A stretch of DNA of 62,534 nt, the filler included, from Choristocarpus tenellus KU-1152 (taxonomy: Eukaryota; Protista; Phaeophyceae): NCBI GenBank assembly GCA_964200185.2. It is 12 parts of 12 records of this genome, joined end to end, with 100 filler letters (N's around TTAATTAATTAA, not from the genome) between each part and the next. Parts side by side here need not be neighbours in the genome. Positions count along the whole stretch, not along the records: positions 24,779 to 32,218 come from CAXNAD020006161.1; positions 32,319 to 37,727 come from CAXNAD020010877.1; positions 37,828 to 46,416 come from CAXNAD020004558.1; 9 more parts are not named here. The stretch is one strand, 5' to 3'. Below are positions 26,050-39,599 of the stretch, piece by piece (within the stretch, counting starts at the first letter, position 1; the number at the start of each line of letters is the position of its first letter). The notes beneath the pieces were generated by a model, which saw only the letters and a list, made by a program, of their open reading frames with translations, did not search any database and had not been told where the DNA came from. The position numbers and the translations under genes were made by a program.

Positions 26050-26425
26050 GCAAAAAAGAACTTGGTACCTTTGACACTTTCACAATTATTTGTGTAACTG
26101 ATTGTTTGTAGTTTCTCAATATAGTGTCGGGGTTCGAACCCCGGTTGCAGAAGTCTGATCTTCTTTGTAGGAAAATTGACTTTATTGGGACTTACTTTAC
26201 TACATAGCAAGTACGTCGGGAAGGTACACCTGAACCTGACTATCTTAAACAACAAAGACAGACAGGCACACGGAAAGAACTGGATGGTTCCAGCTAAGAT
26301 CCATTCATTATGGAAGGAGAGAATACGCACCAGATTCGAGGGAGGAGGAGATGGAAGACGAGTCTGCAGGACACCTCAACCCAATTGGAGAGAAACTTGG
26401 GACACTTGAACCCAATCCGAGGAGG

Positions 26426-26678
26426 AGCCAAAGAAAATTGCATTCAGAGGACGATGACAAATGTGTGTAAAATCCAATTTTCTTTGCAATTGCGTAAAGG
26501 ACTTCTTTTTTATTCTGTGGAAAGTTTCAAAATAATAATAGAGAAATAGACTCTCTCAAGTGAACCTTACCACTTCATCCATCCATAGAAACATTAGTGA
26601 AATGCAAAAGATTGAAAAACAGAGTTGAAACACAAAAACTGGCAAGACCTGGCTACCTCTCGCCGCTTACTTTGACTT
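26426..26678. mobile_element. MITE family C (reverse orientation), diverged
   Basis: AATAGAGAAAT...CTCTCAAGTGAA...CATAGAAA...TACCTCTCG...TTACTTTGACT. Confidence 0.65.
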
Positions 26679-27149
26679 CAGATCAAATCACGGCACGCAT
26701 AGGGCAGCGCTATTATCAACATTACATTAACATTGTCAAGAAAAATAGTCCAAAGAATGCTCTGAAGGAGCCTTCATAAATGGTAACAAGGACCATGAAA
26801 GAAAAACGAAGCAGAGCAAGAAAAGCGAAAAAAAAGAAAGGGAAGAAAAGGAAAAGAGACTAAAAGGAAAAGAGGAGGGAGACATCACTCAACTAAACAG
26901 AAGGGGAAGAGAAGACAAAAAAAGGAACAAAGGATGCAAGAGAGTAAGTTCACAAAGAAGACTGCATTCAGGAGGCAACAGTGATGGTCATGGTGGTGTG
27001 GTATAAGCTCACAAAGAGAACAGCATTCAGATGACAGGAGTGATGGGGGTGGTGGTGGTAGCTTGGGCGACCTAAGCTGCCATTTTGGTGTGAGGTACAT
27101 TAGCTATCACATCTTCCTAGGAATACCATTCGGTCAGGATTCTTATTGA

Positions 27150-28620
27150 GCTGTTGGCCACACACTCATACCACTCCTGTTGGTTAGTGAGTCTCGTGCT
27201 CTATTCCTCAACTCCGATCCAAAACTTGTCGGGGCTGTCATGGAGACATGTCCAACTGTTATGGGCGGATACCGCGAGTATTGTTCAAACAAGCACAGGC
27301 AGTATACATGCGTGGGGAGCCTTACAAAGAGGAACTCCGATTTGCTAAAGGTTGCAGAGTAAGGTTTGCAACTTGGGAATGTTGTAACGGTTTTTAGATG
27401 TATTCCAATTCTGTTAGCCAAAACAAACAAACGGTAAATGACGATGAAAGAAATTATGAAGAGCCTTGGATAATCAATCCCCTCTTATCACTTTTCTTAA
27501 TTCCGATACCAAATTCCTATACTGATATTGACTGAGAAAGGTACCCCTGTTCTGCTGAGCTGACGTTCAACTAACCTGATGTACGATGGACTTCTCTGGT
27601 CTGTTGAAGTATCCTGAGAGACTCGCGCGAGCATCAGCATTTTCCATAGGCTTGTGGATTGGAGCTATACATCCTGTGGAGGAGGTAAGCTTCTGGAGCG
27701 TACAGTAACACAACAGTGCTTCTCCTGTCCACCTTGCTTCGGTTTTTCATTCACAAGTTACCCAAACAACAATATATAACGGGAAGTCGCTCATCCCTCA
27801 TGCAAGTAACTGACCCAAAAATTAGGAGTCTCCACTTCAACACTCTTCTCTCGATACTCTCACACCCAATCTACAGAAGAGCATTTATAGGGGAAGGCAT
27901 GATCGGTGTGTTTCCATTTGCAGAAGGTTGTGTGAGTGGAACTTCAGATAACTAGCCTGGCGGAGTGTCCACGCCATACAATCATACAAAATAGTTTGAA
28001 GTACTTCTGCTATTAGCGTTCAAATCTTAAGTTCCGTTTATGTGAGGCATCTGAGATCCTATCACAAAAAACTTGACTGTATATTTACGGAAACAATTCC
28101 AAGGTTCTGAATCCTTCGGCTGATCTCAGCAGTGATAGCGGCATCCTCACTGGCGGTTCCCCAGGTTAGACAAACTTCTGACTCTGCATGTTGTAGGTCT
28201 GGTCCAATGCCTGAAAGTGGATGTTTTTGGCATCCTGATCGCAGGAGGACAATCAGGGACATGCTCTCTGTCTTCAATGCTGAAAGAATCAAACCGAGTG
28301 AATTATATAGTGAAAATAATTGCAGCGAAGCAGGTTATTTGTAGGTTAGAAGAAATGATGTAGTGTTACAGCGCGCACCTGAACTCACCTCCAGGGGATG
28401 TACAACTCAAATCCAACAACCTTATAACGACGCTATTAGGACGTTGCCCTTGGTAACGGTTTGTAGGGTGTCAGATAGTCTTCTCTCTTGATATTCCACT
28501 CAGTGCTTAGCTCAAAGCTCGACTCAAAGTTTCGTTCAAGATAAAAAGACTGGTAAGGGGGGTAAAGGTGTTTTCACCGAAAGCCCTCTTATTATTTTCA
28601 TCATGCACCCAATTTCTTTG
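27150..28620 (-). mobile_element. Decayed LTR-retrotransposon pol (RT/RNase H/integrase) relic
   Basis: 27540-27700 is homologous to 40440-40590; minus strand reads IHKP..NADA (RNase H end-like); many stops and frameshifts. Confidence 0.45.
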
Positions 28621-28796
28621 GTCTTCTATGTAACTGCTCTATACGTACTCCAATCATAAACCTTTATTCTGCAACTTCTTAGGAACTTTGACATTTTCTT
28701 CTGTAATGTTACGTATGCATTACGGATCTTACTCTGTATCTTCTTCGAAATCAGCATTTATTCTGCAAGGCTACCTATGTGTTACTAATATCGTAC

Positions 28797-28965
28797 ATTG
28801 TTAGCACTTGTTAGAATGCGAGAAACAATGCTTGCACTGCTCGCCTGTCACAAATGTTCGTGTTTGCTAAAACATGAGAAGAAATGCTCGCGCTATTCAC
28901 GTATAACAAATGCTCGCATTCTGTTAGAACACAAGAAGAAATGCTCATGCCATTCACCTGTAACA
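28797..28965. repeat. Degenerate ~57-bp tandem repeat x3
   Basis: Recurring TGTTAGAA.AC.AGAAGAAATGCTCGC...ATTCAC...TAACAAATG. Confidence 0.65.
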
Positions 28966-31562
28966 GTAGTGTGCACTGCCCTGATCACAAGTCAACAGAG
29001 AAGGTAGGGTGTACAACAGTGGATAAATTCCAGACTAATGTGAAACAAATAATAACAAAAAATCGGCTTCAGGTTTGCCCCAAACATAAAACAACACCTC
29101 CTTCATCTCCAACAATTTCTCTCCTCTTGTATGAATGTATTATTAGGCTCTCACTGCCGAAGGGAAAATGGGAGAATACGTTGAACGGTGAAAATGGAGG
29201 CGACTTCTGATTGTCCCATATACTCCCTCTGTTCCATAAGTCTGGGCCGTTACGTTGTAGCTCTTCGGGATGACCTCTGATTACAAAACGGAGGTCTCGC
29301 TGAGACGTTATTGCTGATTAACGACCATTTCCAGCCATTTTGGGGTGGTCTAACCCTTTTGCTATATCTGTCATTTCCGAAAAAATCATTTGTGTATAGA
29401 GGGTGGTTTTCTCAACCATTTCGACATGAAACAATATTTTTGAAAAAATCTACGCATAAGGAAATGTTGTTGCCTATATGGAACGAAATTATTTGTAGTT
29501 TCTGAATCTCCCATTTAAAAAGTTCACAAAAAAACACAACGAGACAGAGTTAGAAAACAGAGGGAGGAAGCATATCCCCCATTCTGTGTTGGATTCTTCC
29601 GGAGACATTTCAGAACAGATTTCTTTGTAGAATTCCTTGAAATTCAGTTTCTTATTTAAGATATTTGTTGGGGAAGATGCTTCATGCGATCTCCATCAAT
29701 CTCTGGATGCGTTCTCGACTATGTTAGACCTGCAACACGGTGAGGAGGGTTTTGTTTTGGCTAAAAGGAAGATGTCTTCCTAGATCGTGAAGAAATACGG
29801 GGTGAGACAGGTTTATGTCATATTTCCTTAGAATTATTTTGTTTCCACCAGCAAATGGTGGTGGTCCTAACCCGCTGATGTTTCCATGTGACACCATTTC
29901 TGCAGCATCAACAAGTAAAAGTTTGGGCTCATGTATACAGTGATATGTCGCTTTTATCACTGGTTCGTGAATCGTGCGCGCCCTTACAATCCTGCTGCAT
30001 ACATACGATGAGCGTTGTGTTACTTGTGGTCTCTGTTGTACTAACGACCAAAAGCACTACAATCTATCCCTCCACCGACTGTTCCATCGTACCCCCCACC
30101 TGCCATGGCAGATGGCTACGTCTCACAGTTGATGTAAACGGAGAACACGCTGTGAGGGCTTTTTCGATTTCTACCTAGGAAAGCTTCCATGACAGCTCCT
30201 GTACGACTGGTGTGATTCCAGGGAGGGCGACACTAGGTCCCCAGAGACCTTTGCTGCAGTAGAGCTGAGAAGGGATACAGGCAGGTTCAGCACAACAAAC
30301 GACCTATCTGGGGACATCAATGATGTAGATGAACGAAGTCCCTTAAGGGAAAGTCAAGGAAACTAAGAAGTATATTGATAGTGATCTGTCCAGTGTGGTG
30401 AAGGACAGGATCAAGACCCCGACTGAGTATGCGAAATCCTTGCAGGCAAACACCGACAAAGGTCCCACCACAGAATCATTGTGCTAGAAGGTAAAACTGT
30501 TAAGTCACAAGGTCTATGAGTTGGAGAGTGCAGGTGGGAGTAGTGGATCTACCCTGCATAACCCAACATACATACTGAATATGTACAAGAATTGCCTTAG
30601 CAAAGCTATGCCTGCAGAAGAGAAAATGTTATGGTCTGCTGTGGAGGTGGAGGAAGTTTAGGGTTACGAAGGTTTTCTGCACTAAGTAGGGGTTGGGGTT
30701 GACTGGAAGAGCATCATTATGTAATGTTAGCCGCCTGTGGTGCTCCTTGCGGCATCTTCTTTGTTTTGGGTGGGTATATGAGTACCTGTTTGAGCTGTGT
30801 GGTACCCACACGGTAGCTCTGGCACGTTTTTTTCTCTCTTGACATTATTTGGGCATTCATATATGGAGTTCCTTTACACTCTCCCTACCTGTTTCACATA
30901 TTTCTGTCCTTCTCTATGTTTTTTTGTTGTTTTACATAATATTTCCCTTGACCTCCACCCTCTCATTTCTTACTCTCTGTGCACTGAGGGCGTACAGATC
31001 AGAAAACTCTGAAATAAGTCCATGGAATTTTCCATTAGTGTTTTCGTCCGCGGATTTCCTGTGTGTTGCAGAATAGCAATCCTAACAATCGTTTTTAGGG
31101 GGCGTTTGCAGATCTTCCTTGTACTTTTGTTGTTGGCTGTCGACGAGCGTCATGGTTTCTTTTTCTTGCACAGCAACACCTACTGCTGGTCACCGTTTGA
31201 TACATTTTATATGCAATGCAAACTATTTTTGTAGGTCTTCTATCTACCTCATGTGAATGGCCGTAACCACATGCGGTGTGCGAGAACACGCAAAAAAGAA
31301 CGTGCAAAATATTTTGATTACTGTGTCATCATCGAACATCGGGGTATTGTATGAGAAGAAGACAGTATGCACAGCAGGCTAACATAAAAAATACAAATTG
31401 AGGAAAGGAACAGCATGGATTAAGATAAAACAACGACAGCAACAAAGGAAAGTCAATGAACAAGAAAAATATGCTGGAAATGGAAGTTTACAGCACATCA
31501 ACAACTAGTATTAGCCGCAACTAAATGCCCAACCTTAGGTATTGCCTAAATAATACACACCC

Positions 31563-31831
31563 AAAATAAAAGTCTCTTAGAGGGTACGAGTCTTGCCCTG
31601 TTTGTCTGTTTGGGACTTGGCTTCCCAAAGTTCTTTTTACGACATGTTCCTGTTCCGAAATGTTCGGAGTAGGTATACCTTACACGTTTTGGAGTAGCTA
31701 TCATGTATATGTCCTGAACAAGGATATGGCCTCTTCCAAACAAACACGATAGCGAAAGTTACGTCAAAATCGCAACATTGGATTTTGGCCCCCAAACGGA
31801 CGCGGCTCTACCCTGAAAGATACTTTGACTC
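31563..31831. mobile_element. MITE family B (reverse orientation)
   Basis: AAAGTCTCTTAGAGGGTA ... TACCCTGAAAGATACTTTGACTC. Confidence 0.82.
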
Positions 31832-32143
31832 ACCAGCAGAAACGCAACGAAGATAACACGTGTTGGTGTATCACGAAAATATTTCAAGGTTGGACACTAC
31901 AAAGGTATATTCTTCAGAAAGTGTACTTACAAGGGTGGAAGGGGGGAGAGAAAAACCAATCTAGAGATGCCTCCACTATACCTAAATAACGACTATACGC
32001 CATGTGCATATTCCAATAACTATTGGTCCAAATTTTAATTCTCCCATCATACCAAAAATAAATCAACAAGAGAGTTTTCCATTCTGCAATTGCACCCCTT
32101 AAAGCAAAACAATTCTATGATGGAGGCTTAAATGCATCATGCT

Positions 32144-32218
32144 AGACTCAAAGTATCTGGAGGGGGGAGGTGGTTTGTGAGGGGGCGTCCGTTTCGGTCG
32201 AACAACTCTTCTTTTTGC
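32144..32218. mobile_element. MITE family A-related variant end, cut by contig end
   Basis: GACTCAAAGTATCTGGAGGGGGG...TTTGTGAGGGGG; reverse-complement match at 37828-37867. Confidence 0.6.
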
Positions 32219-32318
32219 NNNNNNNNNNNNNNNNNNNNNNNNNNNNNNNNNNNNNNNNNNNNTTAATTAATTAANNNNNNNNNNNNNNNNNNNNNNNNNN
32301 NNNNNNNNNNNNNNNNNN

Positions 32319-33092
32319 CCCATTAACGGCGACACCACTCACAAGAACATCGCCTGCACCACCCACCCACCCACCCACCCACCCACTCCCACTGGTCTTT
32401 ACGTGGCCTTGTTGAACCCTGCAGCCCTAGCAGTCCGGGTGGACAATAAAGTAATCAATATCGATGAGTGGTGTGAGCGGGTGCCAGATTCAGAGCAGGA
32501 GATGCGGCAACCCCGGGTGCCACCAGGTCTCCTTGCAATGTGCAGGTTGGCTCTCGCCGCAGGTTCGCATAACGCAATGGTCAAGCTTCAGTGGATGGAG
32601 ACCTCTTGGGAGTGGCAACGGGGTTTCGGACTTGGGAGTGGCATGGTGAGTGAGGTGTTGGAGGTTCGTTTTCGATTTTGTGTTGCTTCATTTTGGTTGC
32701 TTGTCCTTGAGAGTTGTGACTGTTGAAGATGGCGACGCCAGCCAAGTAGGTGTGTGTGTGTGTGTGTGTATGTGTAAGTATATACTTTGTTTCCTCTTGA
32801 GGTATCCATGGTCAGGATTTTGCAACCTAACTCTACATGGGTGATCATGCCGTGGATTGAATTCCTTTTGCATGTTTTGGTTGTGTACTTGCACATCCCA
32901 TCTTTTGATCTGCCCAAGTTTTCCTCTGGGGTTGAGTATGTTTACCCCATTTTAGTGTGTCGTGAATAGCTTTTTACTACTGGTGGCATCCACTTCTTGT
33001 TTCCCATTTCACACAATTTACGTTTTTGCTGAACAGAGGAGCATACTCCTGAAAGATATTTCATTCTCACTCTCCCTGCTGATGCAGGTAAC

Positions 33093-33142
<50 letters not shown>

Positions 33143-36100
33143 ACAGTGAACACCCATGCTCCCTTTGACATCACCCCATCTCCTCCCGACAGAAATCTTG
33201 GACAAAGACCACAAAGAACGTGCTGGATAAAGATGGGAAAAGTTTTGGCTCTCCAGAATGTTCCAGCCCTGGCAATGCTGCGGTTTTCTTTACAGACGAG
33301 GTTAGTGTTGTCTGGACCGGGTTGTCAGTCGTCGTTCAGGGGCACAGGCCAGACATAAGGGTGTTTCCAGCCCCATGGCCCAGAGGCACTGTAAATGCCA
33401 AAGTGGCATCAGGGGAAACAGCACGCCTTACAGAGGAGACCCTGTTAGAGTGGCAGCGCTTCATCCAACACGATCAAGCAGCGGGCAGAGAAGAGGAGCT
33501 GATGGAGTGGACAACAGGTGGCAATGGGGGTGTTGTGACAGCAAGTAGTATCTTTGGCTTGTACCCAAGGAAGAGACTCTGGCTCGCAGCTCGTTTTAGT
33601 GCAGACGCCGAGGGGAACTTTTGTTATGCTATGATAGCACCTGACGATATGCCGCCTGAGGCAGAGAGCGCTGCTCTTGGTGGTGCCTCTTTTCCACCCC
33701 CCACACTTCAGACAGAAATACGTACCCTTCATGCTAAGATGCCACCCCTGGGGTTGCTATCGCTCTTCTCTGGCGCTGGAGGTGGGGTGCAGGGCTTCCA
33801 GGTGAGGATGCCCTGACCACCATGACTGCTGACTTGCCTGGATTGTGTTTTTGCCATCACACTACTGCCCCCTTGGTATTCGCCGCTGCAGGGACCCTGC
33901 ACTTGATCCTTGCAAGGCCCATTCAGTGCCTTCAATCTGCTTTTCCTCCGTTTTTTTTTTCCCCCTGTACCCCTATCGCGGTTTTCAAAATTCTTATTCA
34001 ATGCACTGTAGCACCCTTACATGGGAATTGTTCCGAGGTGGACCATATGGATGCATCTTCTGTATGTTCAGTGGGTTGTCACGGTGGCGATGTCAGAGGC
34101 AGGACATTGGTGCATATTCTATTCCTGCTATTGGGCACCCAATGCATGTCAACCCGCTCCATTCTGAGTATTTGATACTTGAATGTTATACTCTTACGAG
34201 ATGTGTGCTTACCAGCTTGTTCGGCCACCCATTTGAGAGTCAGTCACAGTGTGATTGGTGGAAGGCAAAATGGCTTTAAGTGCTTAGTTAGGGATGCCCC
34301 TTGTGCATACGAATATTGGATGGTCACCAGAGCTTAAGTTGAGGGACAAGCATATCCAGCAGAGTGCACTTTCTTCAAACAAGCATTGAAAGATTTCTTT
34401 TAATCAAGTGTAATCCCCCCAATGAAACAACCCTGTTTTATCAATATCTCTGTCACTAGCAATTGTAAAAGATTATGGAGTGTCACACCAACAGCCTGAT
34501 TGAGTGCTCGTTTACCTACTCTTTCCCCCTAGTATTAGAGGCAATCTAGTGCACAAGTTACCAAATATCAAGCAGTAAAAAGGACTGTGTTGTGGCTTTC
34601 TAACGGCAGAGCTCAGCTTCAGCTCTGGGCCATGCTACACGACACAGGTCTGCACTCTCTGCCGCAATTCATGCCATAAAGTTTCACCAATTCCCTTCCA
34701 CCCTCCCTTCTGCAGTTCATCCCTGCTTCTTTTCTATCCACTAGGCCTAGTACTCTGCATGTCCTTGCCCTCCTTGCCCCCCTTGCTCTATCGTGGTGTG
34801 CTACAGAGGACAAATTGTGCTGCAGAATTGTGCTGTGCTCCACCTCCTCCATAGCCTGCTCATTCTTGTTCCCTCCTGTGTGTGGCAATGACCTGTCGAC
34901 GCATCCCCCATTGCCTTTTACTTGCTTTGGTTTTGCTTTGGTTGTATGTATCACAAATATATGCATCTGGATGCAAAGGGTGCTGCCCCCCTCTGCATGC
35001 CTGAGGACGTGGATGGGATGCGTCGATGCTTCAATATTGTGGGTGAGGTTGAGATTTGCCCCGTGGCTTGCAATTCAAGCGTAAGGAGCAGGGAGAAGCA
35101 GGGGTGGGGTGGAGGAGGCGGCCCAGACCTGAGGACACACGTTGGCCTTGTTCCCGGGGGCAGCAGACGGGGTGCTGGAGGCCCTGCTGTCTTTTGCATG
35201 GACATGAAAGACTTTGCTCGGGTGGTTGGATGTGTCAAGGATGCTGCGCTTGGAGTGAGAAGGAAATCAGTCAACAAATGTGAGGCAGATCGGAGCCATA
35301 TGGCTAGTGAGAGGAACACCTACCCCACCTCCCACCAGTTAGGTTCGTTTGGTATGATCTCCGACAGAGGTGATGTTCAGATTGGAAAGGTGGCGGGAGA
35401 CTGCCGGGTGCCTGTGTGGATGCTGTTCGACTCTGGGGCCGATGACCTTGCTGTGATGTGAGACTTCATCTTGAGTTAAGCTCTTTTGTGTCTCGGGCTT
35501 GCCATGGTACAGTACGTGTTTTGATTCTGTGTGAATGTCTCCGAACCAGCCCTCGCCATACCGGGTACAGAGAGATGGCAACATAGGCATACCTTCGTGC
35601 AAGGTGGAGGACTTGTGTCGTGTTTGAAAGTCGTCTGTTTCACTAGCTGTACGTTTATTTTCTTTCCTCGTACTATTTTCATTCCTCGTACTGTTCCAGG
35701 CAACCCTCAGGAAAGATGAGTGCGGTACCTAGGGGCACTGTCGAGAAGCCAACACGAGTGGAACAGAAGCAGCACCCATTCCTGCAGGTGTTTTTGCCGA
35801 AACCTCAATTTGATGAGCTCTTCCCAGGCAGCCCTTGCATGGTGAGTGGGTGCGAGCCTTAATTTTTTTTTTCCGGCTTTCACTCTTTTGCGGTCTCCCC
35901 TCGGGGGATATTGTTTTTTTTTTAAAGACAAGAAGGATGACGGCAACAAGTTTCGAAGGATGAGTTCAATGTTGCTTTGATGTGACTTTGCCCTGACGTT
36001 GGATCTGCCCTCTCTTTTCACTCATTACTATTAATTACCATGCGAAGATTGTTGTCTGCAAGGGAGGAAATTACTTACTTTTTTTTTTTGGGGGGGGGGG

Positions 36101-37517
36101 CGTTTTGAGACCTGCTGAGTGTTTTTCTACTTTTCACCGATTTTTGTACCAATTCAAGCCCTGCTTGGCACATCTTCTTAACATTTTTTTTTTCCAGTGT
36201 ATCCTTTGTGCGGTTTCCTCAAAAAGGCTAAGAACATGTAGGTAGAGATAATATAGATATATCGATAGGTATCTTGACACGGTTAAGTTGCCAGATTTGA
36301 AGAGCCTAGGAGATAGGACACAGAGATAGTAGCTTCCCTGTTTTGGTTTGATGGGGATAAGTCCGACCTGGAAGACCAGCAACCCAAGTGTTCACACTGC
36401 AAGCCCATGCATTGATCTGTGGTTGGGGGTCGGCCCTTACTGCTGACATGTTGTTCAACATAAAAAATGGAGGATCTGCAACGGGCCCTTAAATCGTCCT
36501 TGAGGAGAAGACTGTGTTGTGAGCGAACCTGGTGCACTAGTTCCTAGTTGTGCTGTAAAAGAGGGTGGTTTCCCACACCATCAGAAAGAGAGAGCACGAT
36601 GCTTGGCAGACATCAGAAACTCACTAGAACGTGCCAAATATGCCTCAGTTGAGGTGGCTGTGGAGCGCTCACCGGACCAGACTTTCTACTGAATGGCTGA
36701 GTTGGCACACCAACCAAAACCACAACATCATGCTGACAAAAATAATCTATGAGCCTTACTGCGTGGAAGAAGAGTGTTGGTGTCAGAACTAGGACACTGC
36801 TAGTGGAGGGGACACCCTGCCAGTGTCATGGCTGGGCTTTCGAGAAGGTGGAACAGCAAGGGATAGGAAAGGGACAGTGCAAAGAGGGTTCACTCCTCCA
36901 AGTGCAGTGAACTGCCCCCCTGGATTGCTTTGCCTGCAATTGCTTCTAGTGGGAGGGAGGCTCTTGAAGACAGGATTGGTTGAGGAGGTAGTCCATGACA
37001 TCGCCTCGGAGTGCATCATCGTTTTAGAGGTGGCGGGGGAGGGGGGAGGTTAGGGAGGGGTCATTTTATTGCCCCTTTCAAATGAAGGTCAAAGGAAAGG
37101 ATTCCTCTAATAAGGGATCTTGATGCAGCAGTGTGGTGTTGCTTGTTAATAAAATAGAGCTGGAGCAACAATTTCCTGAACTTTTTTCTGCTCTATTTTT
37201 TATTTTATTGTCTTCTCTTGCGAAGAAATCGGATTGAGCCAATGAACCGAAGTGTTTTTTTTTTTTAACGCTTGGAAGAAAGATAAAGTTGGACATCAAT
37301 TTTTGGCAGTTTTGTAATATTTGCTTCCGTTGATTACCCCGTGTTCATAAATGCCAGAGGGTTGCCAGGTATGAAGACAAACGTATTTGGTCGAGATCAT
37401 GGAAGGGGGCCTTTCAATATCGTTCCCATCCTCCAATTGATGATTGAAGGACACACCACTGCCCATGCACCGGGATGCTGAACGGGGATAGGAGGGTGTA
37501 TGGACTGTTTTGCCCAG
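32319..37517 (+). pseudogene. BAH domain(s) + C5 cytosine DNA methyltransferase (DNMT1-like); 5' exons open, 3' exons disrupted
   Basis: Exons: contig start-32645 (BAH-like VINIDEWC...MVKLQWMETSWE), 33037-33087, 33193-33801 (BAH-like REEELMEWT...ASSIFG; motif I LLSLFSGAGGGVQGFQ), from 34979 (motifs II/III FNIVGEVEICPVACNS...PAVFCMDMKDF), 35788-35841 (motif IV LPKPQFDELFPGSPCM), ~36564-36790 (GF......DIRNSL, then TGA 36690 and a broken ENV region) and ~37360-37517 (VFGRDHGRGPFNIV / MHRDAER, frameshifted). Confidence 0.78.
33099..33138. repeat. (CT)20 microsatellite, intronic
   Basis: Perfect dinucleotide run; a (GT)n run also lies at ~32750-32769. Confidence 0.95.
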
Positions 37518-37827
37518 GTATTCCTTTATGCTCTGGGGTTACAAGTCTGACCTTTCTGGCGGCATTCCAATTTTATGACCACTCCTTGTTGAGTGAATGC
37601 TCACTTTCACTGGAAGGAGGACATGGGTATATTACTGCTCTTTTTGTCGAGTATGACAAAGGTTCAAAGTTTTTGGCCACCAAATGGACACGGCCCTACC
37701 CTCAAAGAAAGTATCTTGGGGAGGGGGNNNNNNNNNNNNNNNNNNNNNNNNNNNNNNNNNNNNNNNNNNNNTTAATTAATTAANNNNNNNNNNNNNNNNN
37801 NNNNNNNNNNNNNNNNNNNNNNNNNNN

Positions 37828-37950
37828 CCCCCTCACAAACCCCCCCCCCCCCCCAAGATACTTTGATTTGGCCAAATCACACCAAAAAGGGAAACCTCGA
37901 AAGAGAGTGAAAAACGGACGCCGACACCCCCCCCTAAGATACTTTGGCCC
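37828..37950. mobile_element. Two adjacent or nested MITE ends (A/B-related)
   Basis: CCAAGATACTTTGA at ~37853 and CCCTAAGATACTTTGGCC at ~37932. Confidence 0.55.
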
Positions 37951-38778
37951 TTTGTACACATACGCATGGATCATCTTCATCATCCAAGTGGTGGTGGTGG
38001 GGGGGGGACAGCAGACTTACAATCCTATGGTGTCTACCATCCCACAAGGGAGAGATTACATAATTGAGCAGACACATTGTAGAGAGGAGTGGATTTTGAT
38101 TATTTTTTATCCTAACGGGGCTTATCAAACAATGTACAAGCCCCGTTTCCACGATCGAAATGAAGGTAACCCATGATGATGCTGGCAATGAGGAAATTTT
38201 GCACCTCCCTTGGCCACCGATTGTCCTTTCCTTATGACAGGGTTGACGAGATTGTGACAGAATGAAAATATTTCGTAGAGTTGAAACTGCACTGATGGGG
38301 GCATGACCTTACATAGTTACATTTTCATCATACTTCGAGACTCTCTTGGAGGATATGAATATTCACGACTATACTGAGAACATGGTGTTTTTTCCGGAGT
38401 TTGTATTTATTGGTTATGCGGAAAGGGGGAAAATGTAAAAGCTAGGAGATGAAGAGCTCCAGATACGGTTAGGGGAAAAGTGAGCTCAATTGTGACCATA
38501 CGTTGGAATCTAAACTGAACTAATAACTCTTCTAATATGGTCAGGAGAGGTGTCTTGTGGAAATTAACCGAGAGAGGGAGGTATGGATTGCAAACTGGGG
38601 AGAGAAGAAGCGTGTTTCTCATCAACAACGGTGAGGAGGAGGAGGAGGAGGCGAAGGAAGTGTTGGACATCGACATATACGGATAGAAGTAACTGGATTG
38701 AAATTGTTGGTATTACATCCCTTACTGAGTTCTCCTCGTAGGAATGGTTAGTGTTTAGAGCAAAGTGTATGTTTGTTT

Positions 38779-39034
38779 GAATCAAAGCATTTAAGAGGGT
38801 AGGAGTTTAGTCCAATTTGTCCGTTCGGGGCTTGGCTTCCAACTTTTTTTCATGCCCCTTGTTGGTTTTCTGTGTGAAACATTTACCTAAAATGTGCACG
38901 ACTATGAATGGTGTGTTCGGAGCAAGTATATTAACATTGACACTTCAACACGATAGCCAAAATTAATCAAAATCGCAACATTGGATTTATGAACCCGAAA
39001 GGACGCGGTCCTACCCTCTTTAATGATTTGACTC
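38779..39034. mobile_element. MITE family B (reverse orientation), complete
   Basis: GAATCAAAGCATTTAAGAGGGTAG / CTACCCTCTTTAATGATTTGACTC; TTT on both sides. Confidence 0.82.
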
Positions 39035-39599
39035 TTTGTGTTGCTATCAATGCTGTTATCTGCGCCAATGACGCTTTAGCAGTAGTAGTGTGAATTGGCA
39101 GTTTGGGCTATCACCAGCCAGCTACCCTCCCCCTAAACCCACCTTCTCTTGGAAGAAGTAGAAGAAGGAGCCCAGCTGGTCTGACTGGTTCTCTACCACG
39201 ATTATTGATATTTCCTTCTCAATATATTCTCCTCTTAGGCAGGAAAAAGGACGAACGAACATATCATGCATGTATGTATCTATTCTGTACGTTTGCCGAG
39301 CCCAAGCCAATAGTAATGTGGATATCCTTGACGGTCGAAACACAGGCTGAAGCACTACTACTGTGTGACCTCTCCGCTGCTATTGTTGTATAGTACTAAG
39401 TACATACACGTACGAAGTATATATTTTGGTTCCTGAACGCAGCATTCGTGTGCATAGCCCCCTAGCATCTATTCTTGAAAGGAGAGGGGACCGGCGGTTG
39501 ATCATAAAAAAGGCTCTGTGACAACCTCGCGGAACTCATATTATGTATGGGATGGTGTATTTGGGAGAATATAGTTCTTTGATCTGGATGCACCTTCTA

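Noticed and set aside
30190-30630. Copia-like gag remnant (KVKLLSHKVYELESAGG...)
   Set aside because: No diagnostic motif, multiple stops and no LTR identified
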